Shown here in pieces: positions 57,051 to 64,000 of a DNA stretch of 64,000 bases (positions are counted from its first letter, which is position 1; every line of letters begins with the position of its first letter). The translations under genes were made by a program, and so were the position numbers. The notes beneath the pieces are model-generated. The model did no database searches, had not been told where the DNA came from, and worked only from the letters and a program-made list of their open reading frames with translations. Source of the DNA: Chrysomallon squamiferum (lineage: Eukaryota; Animalia; Mollusca); the NCBI GenBank assembly GCA_012295275.1, contig CM022667.1:9796001-9860000 (forward strand). The letters are read 5' to 3'.

Positions 57051-60000
57051 TAATAACAATAATAATAATTATAATGATAATAATAATAAAAATAGTAAAA
57101 ATAATAACAATAATAATAATAATAATGATAATAATAATAATAATAGTAATTAGAATAATAATAATAATAATAGTAATAATAATAACAATAATAAATAAAT
57201 AAATAAAAATATTACTTTAATATATATATTTTTTAAAATTATAATTGATGTAAATACATTGTCATCTAAAGAATAGTTTAACTGACAGTATACTCGGGCT
57301 ACAAATAAATTAAAACTGGACAGCAAAAACGTGAAATAAATCTCTGCTTTAGTATTTTTCTGTAAATAAGCATCTCAACTATGTTCATATAAGATGTGAA
57401 TATAATGATGATTGTCGTGATGATGACAGCAACAATACAATAATAGTAACATAACAATACTAATAACAGTAACAAGAACTTTTACCTTCTTCAGCTTTTT
57501 CAAAGTAGTAAAGAGCCTATGATGAGAAAAAAAAAAAAAAAAAAATAATTAAATAAATTAAAATGAAAATATATTTCACAGAGAACAATCATTTTTTTAA
57601 TATAAACAAAATTACAATGTAAGAAAATAGATTTTGAATGAACTGAAGGACATTTCATTCTCACTGTCTTCCAATATTATTCAAATTTACATGGTAGAAC
57701 GTAATTTATTTCATTTCATATTCCATACAAGAACAAATTAAAATATTGCAATATTTTGTTGTTATCAGAAAAATAAATATATAAAATGTATAATTGCTTT
57801 TATAGTGAAAACAGAATAATAATAAAAACAAAACAAAAAATCAAATTTTTATTAGTTTTACAAATGCAAACATGTTAAATCTTATCCAAAAATAAATCAA
57901 ACCAAACAAATTTGTTAAAAAATATGAACATGACATTAAGAAAGGAACTTGGTCAAAAAAAAATAATAATTTCAGAATAAACTCTCTAATTCATATTATA
58001 GATCACATTTCTTAAAATGTAATACATTTATTACGGGAAAGAAAATAATAATAAAAAAAACACAAATGAATTTTAAAAATAATACATAAAAAATAAACAA
58101 AAATAAAATGGATTTAAAAACAAATGAAAACAAAACAAACAGAAAATGTAAAAGGATTTAAAAAAAAAAAAAAAATAAAGTAATGAAAAAATTAAAGAAA
58201 TGAAAGAGGGCAAAACCTTCATTGAAAGATGGCTGTCTTTTCCATGTACTTGACACTTTGTCTGAATATAACATTTTTATTTATTCTTTAATCAACCTAC
58301 TTCTTCATAAGTGGATGTAGGGGGAGTGGCAAACAATGCTGCTGCTAATTTGTGTTGATACCAAGGCAGATCAGCAAATGCAAAACACCTATACAAAACA
58401 AAATTGTCTTCATTTTATTTTTTTTTTTTAAAAGACTACATTTGGCAATAAAAAGAAATAATAAAACTGTATTCTGCATACTTCCAAGTTATGTTTTACA
58501 TTTCTTGCTGTCCAATCTTGACTGAAAATGAAATAAAATTATACAATATTACACTTTAAACATATTGTGTACTGCATAGGTGATGTGGACATATCTGATC
58601 TTTCTTCAAGTTCAGGACTTCAGAAGTTTCAAGTGGAAAAATGGAACATTTAAATATATTATTTTGTTGTCGTACAGTATTATAGAGGCTGTAATAAAAT
58701 AATAATGTGAAAGTATAAATGAGACCATTTAAATGTCTGTCCTAGATAAACTTTAAATTTAAAAATAAAAATGTGACCCTGCAAATAAAATACGGATTAA
58801 GTCACATTTTGGGAGTATTAACTTATGCAAAAATTCATATTCATTATGTGATAAGCTTAATTCTGATACAAATCCAGCCTCCATAATTTCTGTGGTTGCA
58901 AAGAAATCTTGTCAATACTGGTACCATGAAAAACTCTGAGCAACCTTAAAACAGTTCTTTAATCTGGCAATTCTGAAAAATGCTGTAAAAGCACATACAG
59001 CATTATTAATTCATAATTTTTTTCTTTTCCTGCTGGTATTCTAAGATAAGGTATACATGTAGTGTTTCCCATTAAAAAGTAAAAACTAAAAAGTATTTTC
59101 GTACTTACCAAACTCCAACTGAATGTATTGATGTGGCATCTTTTGGATTTAATTCCATTGCCCTCTGTTAATAATAATAATAATAATAATAATAATGCTA
59201 AAATTAATATTAGCAACAATAACAATGATGCTGCTGATAATAATAATGATAATAATAATGATGTTATAAAAAATAACAAAAATATTATATTTTAACAACA
59301 AAAACATAATATTATTATTAATGGTTATTAATACCAAAACTTAGTAAATTTCTTCAATGCAGTCCAGCTTTAAAATGTTTTTTTTTTCTTCTTTACAATT
59401 AAGATTTAAGTAAAATGCCACCACTGAACATTAATTTCTAAAAGCTACAATAACCAGATAAATATTTAAACAAAAGAGACATACCACAAAATGTTTCTTC
59501 ACTTCGTATGAATTAGATATTCGGAATTTTGTCCCTTCGTATTCTCCCTTGTAGTCTAGCAGTATAGAATACCACTGAAAACAGAACATAAACATTATGA
59601 AATTACTGAAGAAATTTGAAAACTGTAAGTAACCCATCCCACAGCAACCTCCCACTTTATTCTTTTACTTTGTTTCAAATAAATGTATTTTGGCCACAAA
59701 ACATTGTTGTTGGGCAACTGCAGTTTCTTCAGATAATTGTAATGAATTATTTTCAAATAAATTTTTTTTTTCAAATCATTTTTCACATTTTTTAAATGAT
59801 TATAAAATTATACTTACTGATAAAAAAGAATGTGTCATAAACAAAAATATTATATATTTAAAAAAAAAAAAAGAAAAAAAAAAGTAACAGTTAAAATTAT
59901 ACATGCACTTTAAAACTGTATTAAAAAAATATATATTACTATTACTCCTGCTACTACTATTAACAATAAAATTTTTTAAAAAAAATTATGCAATCTTCAA

Positions 60001-61079
60001 CAAAAAAAAAAAAATAAAAGCCACGCCTTCAACATCGAGTAGATATTAAAACAGTTTGTGATATTTTGAACTTGACCCACCTTGATGTTCTTTATTAATA
60101 GACTAACAAACTGAGAACTTATTATAAGAATTAAAGAAGAAGGGGATCAGACAGGACATTAATTCAAAGAAACCAGGTTTGTTTTGTGCATACGAGAACA
60201 CAGCGCCATTGTTTATCCAGAAAGTGTAGTTTTTAATAAAACTGTCTCAATAAAGGAATGAATAAATGAGTTTAAAAACACAGAAAAAAAACCCCATTAA
60301 ATTGCTTGTTAATTTTAAATTTTCTCTTGAATTATAATAAAAAAGAAAGGAAAAAAGAAATGTATTTCAAAGAAATGTGTTGAAAAGAAAGTTATGGAGT
60401 TCTGCTGGCCACTGTATCACGTTTTATAGGATATCATAGCTGGACTCAAATATCATATGATATTTCCTGTTTTTCCACATTTGTTTTTAAATCACTGAAC
60501 TATATATTATTTTAATTAAAGATCAGTTATCATTGTTGCCATTAACATTTATGCCTAATATATAGATTAATGAAGAAATTTTAATTATAAAAATTATGTT
60601 TTGCAGTTAAGACTACTGAAATCTCAATTATTGACGTTTTCACTGTATTTAATTTTATATATTTGTAAATATTTATCATTTTTATACACACACTGTGGAT
60701 TTACATTTCAGAAATTAAATTTAACAATATTACTGTGACTCCCAAAATTGCACGATGGTCTACATCCACTAACAAAATACCTTGTGACATGCAAAGTTAT
60801 TTTCATCAAGTGACAATGCTTTCTTAGCCAGGTCGAATGCCTCATATATGAGTTTTTTTTCATCGTTTTGTCTTGTGTCAGTTTTGCCTTGTCACATGTA
60901 GCCCTTGCTAGCCTCCAAACGATGTCTGCGTTGTTGCTGTCTGCGTGTGGTGTCAGGAGATCGTACAGTTTTAGCATCTCATTTTTAGTGTACAATTCAT
61001 CTGCCTCCTTGATCAGCTCCTCCTCAGGGGACAGCTGATGTACTGTAGAAATGATAAATATGTCATGTTATTTAATAAC

Positions 61080-61110
<31 letters not shown>

Positions 61111-62010
61111 TTTTATGTATTTGTGTTTGTGTCTGTTTCAGTGTTTATATATATATATATATACATCTTATATCTTATATGTTAATTGTATGCTGTTATT
61201 TAGAAATGATAAATATGGTACTTGTGAGTCTGCATCTGTCTCTATTGGTGTATTATTTGGATGGGTTTACGTATAGGTCTGTGTATGTATATATGTATGT
61301 ATGTATATGTATATGTATGTATGTATGTGTGTGTGTATGTATGTATGTATGTGCATGAATACATTATTTACCTGTTTCAGTCTCTTCAGCTTTTCCTTTC
61401 TTCCATGTAAGTCCAAATACACTTAGAACAGCAACACCAGATAAGAAACTTGTTGGATTGCATTTTTGTGAAATTACATATATCATTATATGTCGATGAT
61501 ACTGCAAATACAGATTAAACTTATCAATGAAATTATGTATTTTAGTATTGAACTATATTTATTTACTTTTTCGTGACTAGTCTGTAGTCAGTTCGAATAG
61601 GTTTGTGTTAAGACATTTTTAGTTTTATAAATATATTATAATTATTATTCTTATACAAATTCGAAATTGCAGGTCACTATATTGTATACACTTTCTAAGT
61701 TACAGGCCAGCGTACTTTAACTTTAAATACATGAAGCAGGCCTACTTGAGTACTTCTATATATTATACACTAGTAATGGTAGTATATAAATTATAATATA
61801 TTATTATAATTATTAAAACTAAAAGTAAAATTAAAAAGAAAAGGAAAAATAATCATAATATTCAAGAGTTCTTTCATTATCCGCCTATGCATTTGGCCCG
61901 GTTTAAAATACCTGTCTAGCAATTTTAGAGATAACATTTCTTTGTCTGATACCAATGAGACATTTTTCCGCAAATCGCTTCCAAAACCACGAGCTTATGG
62001 GCGCAGCCAT
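56190..62010 (-). CDS. RMDN1: Regulator of microtubule dynamics protein 1 (TPR-like; 9 coding exons, about 311 aa; 1-nt frameshift in exon 3 as assembled)
   Basis: Exons: 62010-61912, 61501-61372, 61042-60781, 59574-59485, 59164-59109, 58388-58301, 57516-57486, 56810-56677, 56234-56190. Motifs: IVWRLARA, ALSLDENNFACHKWYSI, AMELNPKDATSIH, FADLPWYQ, LFATPPTSTYEEAL, EPNFYSMNLLMLGK. Exon 3 is one base short at the T8 run 60853-60860. Exons 1-2 are inferred from splice phase and start context and are less certain. Confidence 0.9.
56255..56620. repeat. Minisatellite, about 36-bp unit, in the last RMDN1 intron
   Basis: About 8-10 degenerate copies of CAGTATAGTCCATACAGATTTATAGGTGAGAAT-like units. 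Confidence 0.8.
56824..57200. repeat. Long imperfect (AAT)n microsatellite
   Basis: About 375 bp of AAT-type triplets in RMDN1 intron 7. Similar tracts occur at 8228-8445, 22103-22253, 27660-27860 and 63341-63420. Confidence 0.95.
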
Positions 62011-63033
62011 CTTGAATGTTACCGTTTAATTTCCTCCATCAATACTTATCGACAATAACATCATGAGTGCAATGCTTTTTAAATTGTACAAAACCTTTTT
62101 AGTTTGTAAAGTATTTTTTAATTCGAATATTTGTATATCTTGTTAAAGGAAGCTGACTTTCAAGTTGTCTGCTACAGCTAGAGCAGAGGAAGAATATTTT
62201 AAAGTACAAACAACTTGTTTAACGGTAATAGACAAGGAATAAACAAATCAGAAGATTTTAATGAATTTTGATGTTTGACTATCACCCCGCTGTAAAACTC
62301 GATGTTAAGATATATTTTCAAGAAAAGATGCAGCTATACCCATCTTCGTGCTTTCAATTGTATGACTTAATCTTTTCATATATTATCACCTCCGCTATAA
62401 CCGTCAGTATGAAAATACGATTTATTATGCCTTGGCTATTAAAAAAAATAAAATGACATTCACGTGGAACCTACATAATATGTTTGTGTGTGTGAATATC
62501 ATGATTAGATTCTTTGTAAACAACGGTCATATAAAGCTAAATTATACTAAGTAATACGGATTGTTTCGAAAAACAAATATGACGACATTTCGTTAAAAAT
62601 GCAACAGGATCATAAACTTCATTAAAATTACTTTAGTAAAATTAGATATGTACTTTGTTCTGTTATCAGAAAACTTATAACCAGTAAGTTTGAAATTAAA
62701 ATGACGGAATGTGTTAAAAACAGAATTTCAAATGTTAAAGTTATCATTTAAACTCAGAATTAATTAAATAAAACCAAGACAGAGGTTGCAAAACAACTGA
62801 TATTATTAGGAAGATCAGTTGTTTTTGAAACATTGTTTAATTAATAATACAAAAAAAACATACAAACAAACAAGCAAACAAACAAACAAACCAACCTTGT
62901 CATTAGAAATATATATATTATATATATTTTCATGCAGAAAAAACGCAATACCCATGTTCTGTCGTGTTCCAGTTTCATTCCATTAAAATGCTCTTCTGCT
63001 TAGTATATTATTAAAAAAAAAAAAAAAAAAAAA

Positions 63034-63064
<31 letters not shown>

Positions 63065-63340
63065 TGTTTTCTATCAACATTAAACGTGTTCGGAGATATC
63101 ACAATTCAATATTTTACATTTTTCAAGCAAAACTTTGTTGAAATCTTTGTAGAAATCACTTCTAGTTGTACAAACATAATGAAACATCATAGTATTGTTG
63201 ATGTTATCACAATAACAATTATTTGGGAATGCTTAATCGTAATATTCTAATTTTCCGTGAAAAGTTCATGCTTAATTTATTATGTATTGACAGATTTAGT
63301 GTTTTTATTGTATTGAAAGTTAAATATCAAAAAACGTTTA

Positions 63341-63409
<69 letters not shown>

Positions 63410-63444
63410 AATAAATAAAAACTATTTTAAATATTATCTGGCAA

Positions 63445-63522
<78 letters not shown>

Positions 63523-63714
63523 ATATTATTATCGTTATTATATTTTTATTATTTGTTTGTTTGTTTTATTATGATTATTATTTGTTTTAATTATTATTTC
63601 TTCGCGCAATTCCTTTATCGGTTTCTTAAATACAATAAAATTCTAAACATGTTCTTAATATATGTCTTAATATCATGTTTACATACCACACACATATACA
63701 TATACACAGGCAAC

Positions 63715-63747
<33 letters not shown>

Positions 63748-63865
63748 CAAGAAAGGGAGACAAAGGGAGACAATCAGATAGGCATGCAGAGAAAACTACT
63801 TCCGCTGAAAAAATGAAAGAACAAGTCATATATTCGAAATGATTTATTCTGTTTTAGTTTTTGTT

Positions 63866-63988
63866 TTAGTCCCATTGACACGTCATCCGTCCAACGATGG
63901 AAATCCTGCACGATGTGCTTTGACAGCAATAATCCCGTCTGTTGTTCCCCATTCCACTCAGAGTGCAATAACCTCCGCGCTGGATGCA
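63866..63988 (-). CDS. Terminal exon of a putative inhibitor cystine knot (knottin; C-C-CC-C-C) peptide
   Basis: The acceptor TTTGTCTTTTAG (64000-63989) is followed in phase 0 by CIQRGGYCTLSGMGNNRRDYCCQSTSCRISIVGRMTCQWD-TAA, spacing C-X6-C-X12-CC-X4-C-X9-C. AATAAA lies at 63848-63843, just after the stop. A signal-peptide exon would lie beyond the window. Confidence 0.75.
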   Translation of the reverse strand, partial: CIQRGGYCTLSGMGNNRRDYCCQSTSCRISIVGRMTCQWD

Positions 63989-64000
63989 CTAAAAGACAAA

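Noticed and set aside
56190-62010. Calling RMDN1 a pseudogene
   Set aside because: There is a single lesion, in a homopolymer. All splice sites and conserved motifs are otherwise intact.
63774-63989. Supplied 71-aa ORF MHPARRLL... and a Cys-rich plus-strand frame (...KSCTMCFDSNNPVCCSPFHSEC...)
   Set aside because: Both overlap the knottin exon. The minus-strand CIQRGGYC frame has the acceptor, canonical spacing, stop and polyA signal. The others are best explained as shadow frames.

Overview
AT-rich, microsatellite-dense animal genomic DNA. It looks like an invertebrate, probably a mollusc, but that is an inference from repeat style and protein sequences. Reading splice sites by hand gives five genes: (1) the first coding exon of an RGK-family (Rad/Gem/Rem-like) GTPase on the minus strand, followed by a >17 kb intron that runs off the window; (2) a complete 18-exon SAC1/SACM1L phosphoinositide phosphatase (+, 590 aa); (3) a complete 7-exon ciliary transition-zone gene TMEM231 (-, 310 aa); (4) a 9-exon RMDN1 (-) with a 1-nt frameshift in an A8 run; (5) at the right edge, the terminal exon of a C-C-CC-C-C inhibitor-cystine-knot (knottin/conotoxin-framework) peptide that the ORF track misses. 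SAC1 and TMEM231 each contain a U12-type (minor spliceosome) intron, and TMEM231 also has a GC-AG intron. Other structure: two long inverted repeats in the RGK intron, a duplicated stop-containing decoy acceptor in SAC1, a decayed partial duplicate of TMEM231, a decayed LINE with a nested insertion, RFX X-box-like motifs, and several minisatellites. Nearly all other ORFs in the supplied track are microsatellite artefacts.
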